NCBI GenBank assembly: GCA_963696385.1
Contig: CAVOKF010000008.1
Span: 384,001-448,000 of the forward strand
Length of the DNA stretch: 64,000 nt
Direction of reading: 5' to 3'
DNA from: an uncultured delta proteobacterium
GTDB taxonomy: Bacteria; Myxococcota_A; Polyangia; Polyangiales; Polyangiaceae
The position numbers and the translations under genes were made by a program. Shown here in pieces: positions 9,073-18,467 of this stretch; position 1 is the first letter of the stretch; each line of letters begins with the position of its first letter. The notes under the pieces are model-generated. The model was given only the letters and a program-made list of their open reading frames with translations. It was not told the origin of the DNA and made no database searches.

Positions 9073-11487
9073 TCAATTCGAGGAGACGGCCGGCTGAACG
9101 CCCTTTTCTTCGGCCTTGGGCTTGGGCATTTCTTCGAGCGCTCCCTCGAGGACTTGATCCATCTTGCTGACGAAGACGAAGTCGAGGTCGTTTTTTACTT
9201 CGGCCGGCACCTCGTCCAGATCCGCCTTGTTGCGCTCGGGCACCAAGACCCGCTTGATGCCGGCCCTGTGGGCGGCAAGCACCTTTTCCTTGAGGCCACC
9301 GATGGGCAGCACGCGGCCGCGCAACGTGATTTCGCCCGTCATCGCGACGTCGTGCCGAACGCGAATCCCGGTGAGCATCGATACCAACGCCGTGAACATC
9401 GTCACTCCGGCGCTCGGCCCGTCCTTGGGCATCCCCCCCGCTGGAATGTGGATGTGGATGTCGCTCTTCTCGAGGAAGTCTTTGCTGATTCCGTACTTCT
9501 CCGCGTTCGTACGCACGTACGACAAGGCGGCCTGCGCGGACTCCTTCATGACGTCGCCGAGCTGACCGGTGAGCTGCAGCTTTCCCGATCCGTACATGCG
9601 GGTGGCTTCGATGAACAGGATCTCGCCACCGACACTCGTCCAGGCCAGACCCGTCGCCACGCCGGCCTCCTCCGTGCGCTCCGCCACTTCGCTCGTGAAC
9701 TTCTGAGGACCGAGAAATTCGCGGACCTGCTCTTCGTCGTCGACTTGGCGCGCCGTCGCGTCGCCTTCGGCGATCTTCACCGCCACACCCCGGATGATGC
9801 TGGCGATCTGCCGCTCGAGAGTACGGACGCCGGCTTCGCGGGTATAGGTGTCGATGACGACGTCGACGGCCTTGTCGGTAATGTCGAGCTGCTCCTTGGT
9901 GATTCCGTGCTCCTCAAGCTGCTTCGGGATGAGGTGGCGCCGCGCGATCGCGAGCTTTTCGCGCCGCGTGTATCCGGGAATTTCGAGAATTTCCATGCGG
10001 TCGCGCAGCGGAGCCGGAATCGGATCGGCGATATTGGCCGTGGCGACGAACATCACGTTCGACAGGTCGTAGGGGATTTCGAGGTAGTGGTCGGCGAACG
10101 TATTGTTCTGCTCTGGGTCGAGCACCTCGAGCAGCGCCGCTGCCGGGTCGCCCCGGAAGTCGTGCCCAATCTTGTCGACCTCGTCCATCATGAAGACGGG
10201 GTTGATCGTGCCCGATTTTTTCATGCCCTGAATGATCTGTCCGGGCAACGCACCGACGTAGGTCCGCCGGTGACCGCGAATCGCGGCTTCGTCGTGCACA
10301 CCTCCGAGCGAGATTCGGACGAACTTGCGCCCGAGGGCGCGAGCGATGCTGCGTCCGAGCGACGTCTTGCCGACTCCAGGGGGCCCGATCAGGCAGAGAA
10401 TCGGCCCCTTCTTGTCTTTTTTCAGCTTGCGAACGGCCAAGTACTCCAGGATCCGTTTTTTGACCTTTTCGAGCCCGTAATGGTCCTCGTCGAGCACCTT
10501 GCGCACCGCGCCGATATCCATGTTGTCGGGCGTCTGCAGATGCCACGGCAGGTCCAAGATCCAATCGAGGTACGTTCGTACGACCGTGTATTCGGCGCTT
10601 CCGACCTGCATGTTGCGCAGGCGCTTGAGTTGCTTCTTGGCGACCTGTTCGGCCTCATGGGGGAGGTTCGCCTTGGCGATTCGCTCCTCCAATCCGTCGA
10701 GATCGCCTTGATCCCCGTCGTCCTCCCCGAGCTCTTCCTTAATGGCCTTCAGCTGCTGACGAAGGACGTACTCGCGCTGATTTTTGCCCATCTCCTCCTT
10801 GATTTGCGAGTTGATGCGCTCGCGCATTTTGAGGATTTCCAGCTGGCGCGTGAGAAGCTTGAGAACCTTGCGAATCCGGTCTTTGACGTCGATCGTCTCC
10901 AGCAGGGTCGCCTTTTCGTCGACGGGCGCATCGAGATTGCCGGCGACCAAGTCCGCCAGGGCGCCCGGAGCTTGGATCGAGTCCATCAAGGACGCCGCCT
11001 CGCGCGGAAGCTCGGGCATCAGCTGAATGACCTGCTTGGCGATGTCGCGCAGGCTCATGCTCAGGGCTTCCGCCTCGTCGTCGCCCGAATTCGTTTCCTG
11101 CAGGCGGCCCACCTTCGCCTTCAAGTACGGAGAGGACTGCGTAATCTCGTCCAGGCGAATGCGCTCGAGCCCCTGGAGAATGAGCGAGTAATTTCCCGAG
11201 CTGTGCTTGAGCGCCTTGAGGACGCGCGCCGCACAGCCGACCTGATGCAGGTCGTCCTTGCCCGGATCGTCGGTCGAAGGATCGCGCTGGGCAAAGATCG
11301 CGATGACGGGCGACGAAAGATTGTCGACATCCTCGACCAGCGCGACCGACTTCTCCCGGCCCACGTCGAACGGTGCGACGGCACCGGGGAAAAGCACGGC
11401 GTTGCGGATGGGAAGAACCGGCAGCTCATCGGCGAACTGGATGGCCTCCTCTTCTTGCCGCGCTGGATTCTGTTTCTTTTCGGACAT
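9073..11487 (-). CDS. lon: ATP-dependent Lon protease (LonD/BsgA-like N-terminus)
   Basis: 804 aa; LPVLPIRN N-domain, GPPGVGKTS Walker A, DEVDK, PKDGPSAG catalytic Ser, IGGLKEK Lys. Confidence 0.98.
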   Translation of the reverse strand: MSEKKQNPARQEEEAIQFADELPVLPIRNAVLFPGAVAPFDVGREKSVALVEDVDNLSSPVIAIFAQRDPSTDDPGKDDLHQVGCAARVLKALKHSSGNYSLILQGLERIRLDEITQSSPYLKAKVGRLQETNSGDDEAEALSMSLRDIAKQVIQLMPELPREAASLMDSIQAPGALADLVAGNLDAPVDEKATLLETIDVKDRIRKVLKLLTRQLEILKMRERINSQIKEEMGKNQREYVLRQQLKAIKEELGEDDGDQGDLDGLEERIAKANLPHEAEQVAKKQLKRLRNMQVGSAEYTVVRTYLDWILDLPWHLQTPDNMDIGAVRKVLDEDHYGLEKVKKRILEYLAVRKLKKDKKGPILCLIGPPGVGKTSLGRSIARALGRKFVRISLGGVHDEAAIRGHRRTYVGALPGQIIQGMKKSGTINPVFMMDEVDKIGHDFRGDPAAALLEVLDPEQNNTFADHYLEIPYDLSNVMFVATANIADPIPAPLRDRMEILEIPGYTRREKLAIARRHLIPKQLEEHGITKEQLDITDKAVDVVIDTYTREAGVRTLERQIASIIRGVAVKIAEGDATARQVDDEEQVREFLGPQKFTSEVAERTEEAGVATGLAWTSVGGEILFIEATRMYGSGKLQLTGQLGDVMKESAQAALSYVRTNAEKYGISKDFLEKSDIHIHIPAGGMPKDGPSAGVTMFTALVSMLTGIRVRHDVAMTGEITLRGRVLPIGGLKEKVLAAHRAGIKRVLVPERNKADLDEVPAEVKNDLDFVFVSKMDQVLEGALEEMPKPKAEEKGVQPAVSSN

Positions 11488-11837
11488 GGCTCGCTACCTC
11501 TCGCAGGGACTGCCCAGGGGGCCGTTGGTTCGAGCTTCGCGTTTCGTACTAAAACGAATAGGGCCTGACCGCGAATGATGCACGTTCGATTGTGTGCGTC
11601 GATTCTTGCCCATACGACACGACGGCTGAAACCGCCAGGATCGCATCCTAAGCATGCATTTTGGCGCGCGCCATTGCCGCGGCAAAGTCGGCTAATCCGT
11701 CCGGAACCATCCACCCTGCCGATCGAACGTCCGCGACGAATTGGGCCGAATTCGCACGAATTCGGGTCTCGAATCCGCGCGAAAGTCTCCGACGGCTCGC
11801 GATACGACACCGTCGGCCAAGGTGACCCCAGCGGCCC

Positions 11838-13169
11838 TCAGCCAAGCGCCACCGTTCGGGTCGGGTCGAGCGTATGAATCGCGAGCCCGGTCAGCACCTT
11901 CGGGAAGAAGAAGGTGCTTTTTTGCGGCATCACCTCCCCCGCCTCCGCCACGGCGCGGACGTCGGCGACCGGCGTCCCACGCATCAAAAATAGCACTTGG
12001 CCGCGGCCAGCCCGAACGGCGCCGAGCGATTCTCGCGCGTCTTGCGGGTACCAGAGGTTCGTTTTTGCGGCCTGGGCTTCGGGCGTAATACCGAGGACGT
12101 GCTCGAGCAGTCCGGCATGCAGCACCACGACATCGGTTTTGCGCAGCGCGGGTGCCTTCGGCCCCAGCGTCGGGTGCGCCGCGACGTCGAGGTCGGATCG
12201 CAGCCTCAAGAGTGCCACCCTTCCGTCCCCCACGGCCGCCGCGACGGTGGGGCCGATCTCACCCGAGCGGCGCAAGGCCGCGAGGATCCGGTCGACGTCG
12301 CAGCCCGACTCGAGTTCTTCGATCTCGAACGCGTCACGCGCGCCGCGAAGCAGATCCGCATACGAAAATGAGGAAAGTGAGTGAACGTGACGGTGCGTCG
12401 GAAAGACCAAAAGGCTCGGCGAATCCCCGTTCGCCAGAAACGTCATGAAATAGGCTGGTTCGGTCTCGCGCGCGTCGCCGCCTCGGCCGCCCGTCCCGAG
12501 GACCTCCTGCGAATAACGCAGGGCCGTCTCGTACCTGTGATGTCCGTCCGCGATGAGGAGCGTCGAACCCCCAAGGCCGCGGACGATCGCCTGGACGGCA
12601 TTCCGATCGGAAATCTTCGACAACGCGTGCTGGATCCCGTCGGGGGTTTTGAAATCCGCGATCGGCGTGGCGGCGTCGAGGAGTCCATCGAGAACGCCGC
12701 GCGGGTCACGATACAGCATGAAGCCCGGGCTCAGGTTGGCGCGCGTCGCTCGGAACAGCTTGAGTCGGTCCTCCTTGGGTCCCGAGAGCGTTCGTTCGTG
12801 GGGCAGCACGACCCGTTCGGAGAACGGGACCAGTCGAACGAGCCCGAGAAATCCTCGCCGTGTCATCCGATCCACGCCGCCCGGCGGCACGAACGTCTGA
12901 TCGTAGCGATAGAAAGCCGGCTGCGGGTCGCGAACGAGCACCCCTTCGCGACACCACTGTTCGAGCCTCTGGCCCGCGAGCGCGTACTTCTCGTCTCCGT
13001 GCCCTTCGGGCAAAATGAGGCGAACGACATTGTGCGGATCGCGGGCAGCGAGCGCTTCGCGCTGATCGGCCGAGATGACGTCGTACGGTGGGGCCACCAC
13101 GCTCTCGAGACCGGCCGCAAGCCGGGTCAGGTCGTAGCGAAGCGGGGTCAGCGGGCAGACTTGGGCCAT
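11838..13169 (-). CDS. DUF1015 family protein
   Basis: APPYDVIS, LPHERT, IADGHHRYETA, MPQKSTFFFPK motifs. Confidence 0.9.
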   Translation of the reverse strand: MAQVCPLTPLRYDLTRLAAGLESVVAPPYDVISADQREALAARDPHNVVRLILPEGHGDEKYALAGQRLEQWCREGVLVRDPQPAFYRYDQTFVPPGGVDRMTRRGFLGLVRLVPFSERVVLPHERTLSGPKEDRLKLFRATRANLSPGFMLYRDPRGVLDGLLDAATPIADFKTPDGIQHALSKISDRNAVQAIVRGLGGSTLLIADGHHRYETALRYSQEVLGTGGRGGDARETEPAYFMTFLANGDSPSLLVFPTHRHVHSLSSFSYADLLRGARDAFEIEELESGCDVDRILAALRRSGEIGPTVAAAVGDGRVALLRLRSDLDVAAHPTLGPKAPALRKTDVVVLHAGLLEHVLGITPEAQAAKTNLWYPQDARESLGAVRAGRGQVLFLMRGTPVADVRAVAEAGEVMPQKSTFFFPKVLTGLAIHTLDPTRTVALG

Positions 13170-13181
13170 GTCACGCCCAGA

Positions 13182-14474
13182 TCAACCGAGAAGCGGGGTC
13201 TTGTCGAGCGCGCGGCCGCCGATGTCGCGTCTGTGATGCTCGCCGGGCCAATGAATTCGAGCGACGGCGTCGTAGGCGGCGAGGGCCGCGTCGCGCAGAA
13301 CCGCCGCATGGGCGCCCACGGCGAGGACTCGCCCCCCGGCGGTCACGATGCTGCCGTCCGGCGCGCACATCGTTGCCGCATGCATGACCCACGCGCCGTC
13401 CGGCATCGGCTGGTCGAGCCCCACGATGCGATCCCCGGTACGCACCCTGTCGGGATAACCGGCCGCGGCCATGACGACCGAAAGCGCTGCGCCCTTGGGG
13501 GGAGGCGCTTGCACCCCCGAAAGGTCGCCCCGCGCAGCCCTATCGAGGAGATCGAACCAGTCTCCGCCGTAGGTGGGCACGAGCACGGTGGTCTCGGGAT
13601 CCCCGAAACGCACGTTGAACTCCAGCACCCGTGGCACGCCGGCGTCGATCATCACGCCCACGAACAGCACGCCCCGAAAGGGGCTGCCTTCTGCGGCCAT
13701 TCCTTCGAGAGTCGGCCGAACGATTTCGCGCATCACCCGATCGTGCACCACGGAGTCGACGATCGGCGCGGGCGCGTAAGCACCCATACCTCCCGTATTG
13801 GGCCCCGTGTCGCCGTCGCCCACCCTCTTGTGGTCCTGCGCGGGCGCGAGAGCCACAGCGCGGGAACCGTCGCATACCACGTGGAAGCTCGCCTCCTCGC
13901 CCGCGAGACGCTCTTCCAAGACCACCGTGCGCCCGGCCTCGCCGAACTGCCCCTTTCGCATCATCCGGTCGATGGCCGACGACGATTCATCGATGGTGTC
14001 GGCGACGACCACGCCCTTGCCTGCCGCGAGCCCGTCGGCTTTGACGACCAGCGGTCGACGAGCGGCCCGGGCATGGCGGTCCGCGGCGTCGGCGTCGTCG
14101 AACACGGCGAACGACGCCGTCGGGATGCCGTGGCGCTCGCAGAAGCGCTTCATGAAGGCCTTCGATGACTCGAGCCGCGACGCAGCCCGGCTTGGGCCGA
14201 AGGCACGCACACCGCGACGGATCAAGGCATCCACCAACCCGAGCGCGAGTGGCATTTCGGGACCGATGACCACGAGGTCCACCCGATCCGCGACTGCGCG
14301 ATCGACCAGGCCCCCGATGTCGTCGCTCCGCAGCGGCAAATTCTCGCCGACGCGTTGCGTGCCGGCATTGCCGGGGGCGACCGAGACGCGATGGCCGCCC
14401 GCGACGATCGCCGTCGCGAGAGCGTGCTCGCGCGACCCCGATCCCACGATCATCACTCGTGCCCGGCTCGTCAT
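13182..14474 (-). CDS. purD: Phosphoribosylamine--glycine ligase
   Basis: GSGSREHALA, KADGLAAGKGV, QDHKR..DGDTGPNTGGMGAY, EFNVRFGDPE. Confidence 0.97.
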   Translation of the reverse strand: MTSRARVMIVGSGSREHALATAIVAGGHRVSVAPGNAGTQRVGENLPLRSDDIGGLVDRAVADRVDLVVIGPEMPLALGLVDALIRRGVRAFGPSRAASRLESSKAFMKRFCERHGIPTASFAVFDDADAADRHARAARRPLVVKADGLAAGKGVVVADTIDESSSAIDRMMRKGQFGEAGRTVVLEERLAGEEASFHVVCDGSRAVALAPAQDHKRVGDGDTGPNTGGMGAYAPAPIVDSVVHDRVMREIVRPTLEGMAAEGSPFRGVLFVGVMIDAGVPRVLEFNVRFGDPETTVLVPTYGGDWFDLLDRAARGDLSGVQAPPPKGAALSVVMAAAGYPDRVRTGDRIVGLDQPMPDGAWVMHAATMCAPDGSIVTAGGRVLAVGAHAAVLRDAALAAYDAVARIHWPGEHHRRDIGGRALDKTPLLG

Positions 14475-14534
14475 CCGACGGCTGCGCGCGTAACACGGTG
14501 CCGCCCGACCTGCCAGCGGTGTATCCTGCCAAAC

Positions 14535-15257
14535 GTGGCCGCCGACGTCCGCCCGCCCGTCGCCATCCGTATTACGCGCCCTTACGCTACGGAGGACGAG
14601 TATCTCGAGCACGAGCTCGAGACGCTCACGCGCGCGAGCATCACGCTGGTCGGCGCGCAACCTCGCGCCGAGGGCGTAGTTCTACGCTTCGAACTCGCCC
14701 TCGCCTCGGGAGCCGTGCTCCTGCGGGGCGAGGGGCGCGTGACGGGGTTCAAGCCCAACGCATTTCAGGGAGTCGGCGGCCTCGCGCTGCGGTTCACGCG
14801 GGTCGACACGCGATCGAAGGCGCTCATCGACAAGGCGGCCTCGCTCCGCGAGAAGCGCCGACCTTCGCTGCGCACCCCCGATTCCGTTTCCGTGTTGCCC
14901 CCACGGGCGTCCACCCCGGCTGCGGCGCCGTCGAGCCTTTCGGTCACGCCCGCTCTGCCGTCGTCGTTGCCACCGCCGGCTGCGGCGCCGTCGAGCCTTT
15001 CGGTCGCGCCCGCTCTGCCGTCGTCGTTGCCACCGCCGCCGCCGACGCGCTCGTCGGCTGCACCCGCGGCCGTGAACCCCTCGCCCAGCCAGCCGCCCGC
15101 CGACGCCGTGAATGCGATCGTACGCGGTCGGCGGGACGAAGGCAGGCGCCCGGATCGAGACGAGCTGCTCGGCCGGCTTCGAGCCCGCGCCAAGGCGCTC
15201 CATCCGAGCGCCATTCGAAGCATTCTAATGCATCGCGGCTCCACTTCGACGTCGTAG
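14535..15257 (+). CDS. Myxobacterial PilZ-like (TIGR02266-type) domain protein with Pro/Ser linker
   Basis: GVVLRFELALASG..LLRGEGRV...GLALRFTRVD barrel pattern followed by low-complexity linker; GTG start inferred. Confidence 0.6.
   Translation: MAADVRPPVAIRITRPYATEDEYLEHELETLTRASITLVGAQPRAEGVVLRFELALASGAVLLRGEGRVTGFKPNAFQGVGGLALRFTRVDTRSKALIDKAASLREKRRPSLRTPDSVSVLPPRASTPAAAPSSLSVTPALPSSLPPPAAAPSSLSVAPALPSSLPPPPPTRSSAAPAAVNPSPSQPPADAVNAIVRGRRDEGRRPDRDELLGRLRARAKALHPSAIRSILMHRGSTSTS
14916..15038 (+). repeat. Two near-identical 60-bp in-frame tandem repeats (PAAAPSSLSVxPALPSSLPP)
   Basis: Period-60 duplication, one mismatch, visible in adjacent sequence lines. Confidence 0.9.
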
Positions 15258-15348
15258 TGCACCGCCGTCGAGGTCGCGACACGCCTCTACGGCGCCGCCC
15301 ATCGAGGTCGCGACGAGCCTCGTCGCGGGCGGGCCGCGACAACCCGGA

Positions 15349-16338
15349 TCACCTCGAGGACGGGAAAAAATCGAGGTGTCCGAGGGCCCCGCGCACGTTC
15401 CAGCCGTAGAATCCATCGGCGCGCTTGGCAGCCTTGATCTTCGGATCCGCCAATTCGAACAAAGCCGGCGCGTTCGAACCAGGCGATCCGAAGAGGCTCT
15501 TGGTGATGTCGTTCTTGGAGCGATAGACGTCATTGATGCGAAAACGGACCTGCAGGTCGCAAAGCGACTCGGTCACCGTGTCTCGCAGGGTGACCCTTCC
15601 CTCGCCCAGGACGTCGACATCCTTGCCCGACGCGAAGAACTTTCCGACCTTCATCACCCCGTCCTTCACCTCCGCAGCCACGGTGATGGCGCCGACGTCA
15701 ATCCTCGGGAGCGCGAGAGCGCCCTTGATCTTGGCCTTCCCGTCGCCCACCGCCGCGGCTTTCACGTCGAGAGAGAGGTCTCCCGTTCCCTTCGAAGCCC
15801 TTCCGTCCGGCATGACCATATGCAGGCTGCCGGAGAGTCTCCCGTCGATCGGAACACCGAGCAGCTGAACGAGAGGCCCCACTTTGCCGAGATCGAGCGA
15901 ATCGAGGGTGAGATCGATCGACTTCTCCTTGCTCTGCGCGCCCACTTCTCCCCGCGCTTCGCCGCCGAACAGGTCCAAGTCGAAGTCGACGTCGCTGTTC
16001 CCGACGAGCATCGAGAGCAACGAGAAGTGAATCGTCGCGGCATCGACCACCAGCCGGCTCGGCGGCTTGCCCGGTTCGGCAGGAGCGCCGAGCAGTGTGA
16101 CGCCGGTCATTCGGACTCCGCTCAGACCGCGGCCGGTCATCGCGTCGATCTGCAGCTCCTGCTGGCCACCGCTCGCACGCTGGTCGGCATTGAAGGACGC
16201 CACGATGCGCTCCCGTAGCTTGTCGTAGGGGAACGTGAGGGACGCGGATATCATCAAGCAGAAGAGGTAGAATACCGGATAGCCGACCGCGCCCGCGTAT
16301 TTCGCGTACGGAGCGAGCCGTTGGAGCAGCTCTTTCAT
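15349..16338 (-). CDS. gspN: Type II secretion system protein N
   Basis: N-terminal TM then TFPYDKLRERI motif of deltaproteobacterial GspN; last gene of the gsp operon. Confidence 0.85.
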   Translation of the reverse strand: MKELLQRLAPYAKYAGAVGYPVFYLFCLMISASLTFPYDKLRERIVASFNADQRASGGQQELQIDAMTGRGLSGVRMTGVTLLGAPAEPGKPPSRLVVDAATIHFSLLSMLVGNSDVDFDLDLFGGEARGEVGAQSKEKSIDLTLDSLDLGKVGPLVQLLGVPIDGRLSGSLHMVMPDGRASKGTGDLSLDVKAAAVGDGKAKIKGALALPRIDVGAITVAAEVKDGVMKVGKFFASGKDVDVLGEGRVTLRDTVTESLCDLQVRFRINDVYRSKNDITKSLFGSPGSNAPALFELADPKIKAAKRADGFYGWNVRGALGHLDFFPSSR

Positions 16339-16889
16339 GGCGCCGAGCTGCCGGACGGCGGCTCCTCGGCCCGATCGTAGGACGAGACGCCGACCTCGAC
16401 GTCGTACGAATCGTTCTCGCCGCTTCGCTTTCGAATGTTGAGCCGGGTGACGGCAATCGGGTAATTGCTTTTTTCGATCGCCTCGAGAAAACGCGCGATG
16501 GGCAGCATGCCGGCCTTCTTCAAATGAATGTTCGTTCCGTGTTCGGAGTAGCGCTTTCCGTGCGGGAGGTCCGGAAGCGGAGTCGACTCGGTCACCTCGA
16601 GTTTTTGTTGCCGCGCCGTCTGCTCGAGATATCCCGCCAAAGACGGCGCCTTGTGGACGTACCGGGCGAGGATGGCGTCTTTGCGCGCTTGTCCTTGGCG
16701 GACGCGACCGCGCGCATCTTGAACGTCGGAGAGCGCCTGTCGAATCTCGTCGTTGTCGGTGGCCTCGGAGCGGACGAACGCATCGAACCCGAACGGAATG
16801 GCGCCGAGCGCGAGAAGCGCCCCGATGAAGCCGAGGACACCGACGAGCTTGCGCTCGCGCGCATTCATCTGAAGCAGCGGTCCGGCCAT
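16335..16889 (-). CDS. gspM: Type II secretion system protein M
   Basis: MNARERKLV + single TM + coiled coil + RFLEAIE domain; lies between gspL and gspN. Confidence 0.8.
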   Translation of the reverse strand: MAGPLLQMNARERKLVGVLGFIGALLALGAIPFGFDAFVRSEATDNDEIRQALSDVQDARGRVRQGQARKDAILARYVHKAPSLAGYLEQTARQQKLEVTESTPLPDLPHGKRYSEHGTNIHLKKAGMLPIARFLEAIEKSNYPIAVTRLNIRKRSGENDSYDVEVGVSSYDRAEEPPSGSSAP

Positions 16890-16890
16890 C

Positions 16891-18445
16891 TCACTTGCCT
16901 CCCGTGCCCGCGCCCGGAGCGTTGGACCCGGACCCCGAATCGGTCTTCTTCTTGGGTGTGGCCTTGACGTCTTCCGGGCACCGCAAATCGAATTCCAACG
17001 TGTACTTCTGCCGATCGCCCCCGACGGCCTGCGTGGTGCTCTTGATCTTCACGTCGGACAGACACGGATCTTCCGAGAGCGTCGAAGAGATCGACTGAGC
17101 ATCCGGAATCGACCCGACGACGCCGCGCACGACCACGTGCGCCTTCTGCACATCGAGCTCTTCGATGTCGTGCGTCATCGAAGTTCGGAATCGCCTCGGA
17201 CAGGCGCACCATCACGTCGAAGGCGTCGGCGTGGGGCATCGGATCCTCGTCGGTGAGCGCGGCCTGCTTGGACAGAAGATCCTGAGCGTCCTGCGCCGCC
17301 GTGGCCGAGGTGCCCAAGACCTCCAACGTCACGGCCCCGAGCGCAGCCTGCAAGACGCCGCGGTCCTTGTGCACCGAAACCAGGCGCGTCCAGGCGCTGA
17401 ACACGAAACTGACGAGGATGACCGCGGCCATGCCGCCGAGCAGCGGAATTTTCTCGCGAACCCAGCTGAACCCCCGCTCGAAGGCAAGCGCGCCCCGCCG
17501 CACGTTCAACCCCGTGCCTCGTCCCGCCAGACTCAGCGCGAGCGCCAGCGCCTTGGCATACCGGGGCAAATCCCGGACGCCGTCGCCGAGGGCCGAGGTG
17601 TCGATCGTCGGGTCGCGCAACAGCTGCACCGGGATCTCGAGCTCGCCCGAAAGAAACCCCTCGGCGCCCGAGACGAACGCCCCGCCGCCGCACAGGAATA
17701 CGCGCGCCGGAGGCGCGCCGCCCTGCGCCTGGTGCGCCGAGAGGCTCACCCGAATGTCGCGTGCCAACCGCGTCGCCGTCGCCGGTAGGCCGTCGGTTCC
17801 GGTGGATAAGGTGCGGGCGAAGACAGGCTCGCCGCGTTCGATGACGAGCACCTCACTGCCCTTCGACCCGAGATCGACGATGGCGACCGTCTCGTCTTGG
17901 GCGAGCCCCGCGATGTAGGGAACGAGCGCGCCGAGCGTCAGCGCACCGACGCCCACCCGCTCCGGTTCTTGACCGACCGCGCTCTTGACGAGATCGATGC
18001 GCGCACGCACGTCCTCGATGCGCGCCACGGCGGCCACGATCGACAGCTGCGCGTCCGGCGCGGCAGCGCCGCCGGCGGCGGCCTGGGGGGCGACGTCGCG
18101 ACCGATCAGGCGCCAATCGAATACGGCACCCTCGATGTCGAACGGGATCTGCGCTTCGAGCTCGTAGGTGAGAACCTCCTCGAGCTGCCGCTGCGCGGTG
18201 GCGGGGACGACCAGGCGGTGGATGGCGGCACGGTTGCCGTCGATCGCGGTCGCGATCGAGTCGGCCGCGTGGGCCTCGCCCTCGAGCGCCTTGGTCACGG
18301 CTTCGCGCACGGCCTCGAGCGTGCCGCCGCTCGTCGCCACGTCCGCGGAAGCGAGCCGGACCACCGCGATCTTGCGGTACGCCGAACGGACGACGGCCGC
18401 TTTGACCGCCACGCTCCCTATGTCGATTCCCAACCATGTCGGCAT
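16891..18445 (-). CDS. gspL: Type II secretion system protein L, PilM-like actin fold (1-nt frameshift near 17184)
   Basis: LGIDIGSVAVK, ELEAQIPF, VDLGSK, FLCGGG, TM; C-terminal domain continues in ORF 16891-17178 after removing one A in CCG-A-ACT-TCG-ATG. Confidence 0.88.
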
Positions 18446-18467
18446 GAACCCAGAGCCTCCAATCTCG

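Noticed and set aside
8890..11568. 892-aa plus-strand ORF (likewise 12381-14168, 22912-25101, 26602-29328, 44602-46623, 46642-48564)
   Set aside because: Antisense shadows of well-supported genes, expected at high GC.
11655..11680. Sigma54 promoter for lon
   Set aside because: TGGCGC is present on both strands but GG-N10-GC spacing is not met.
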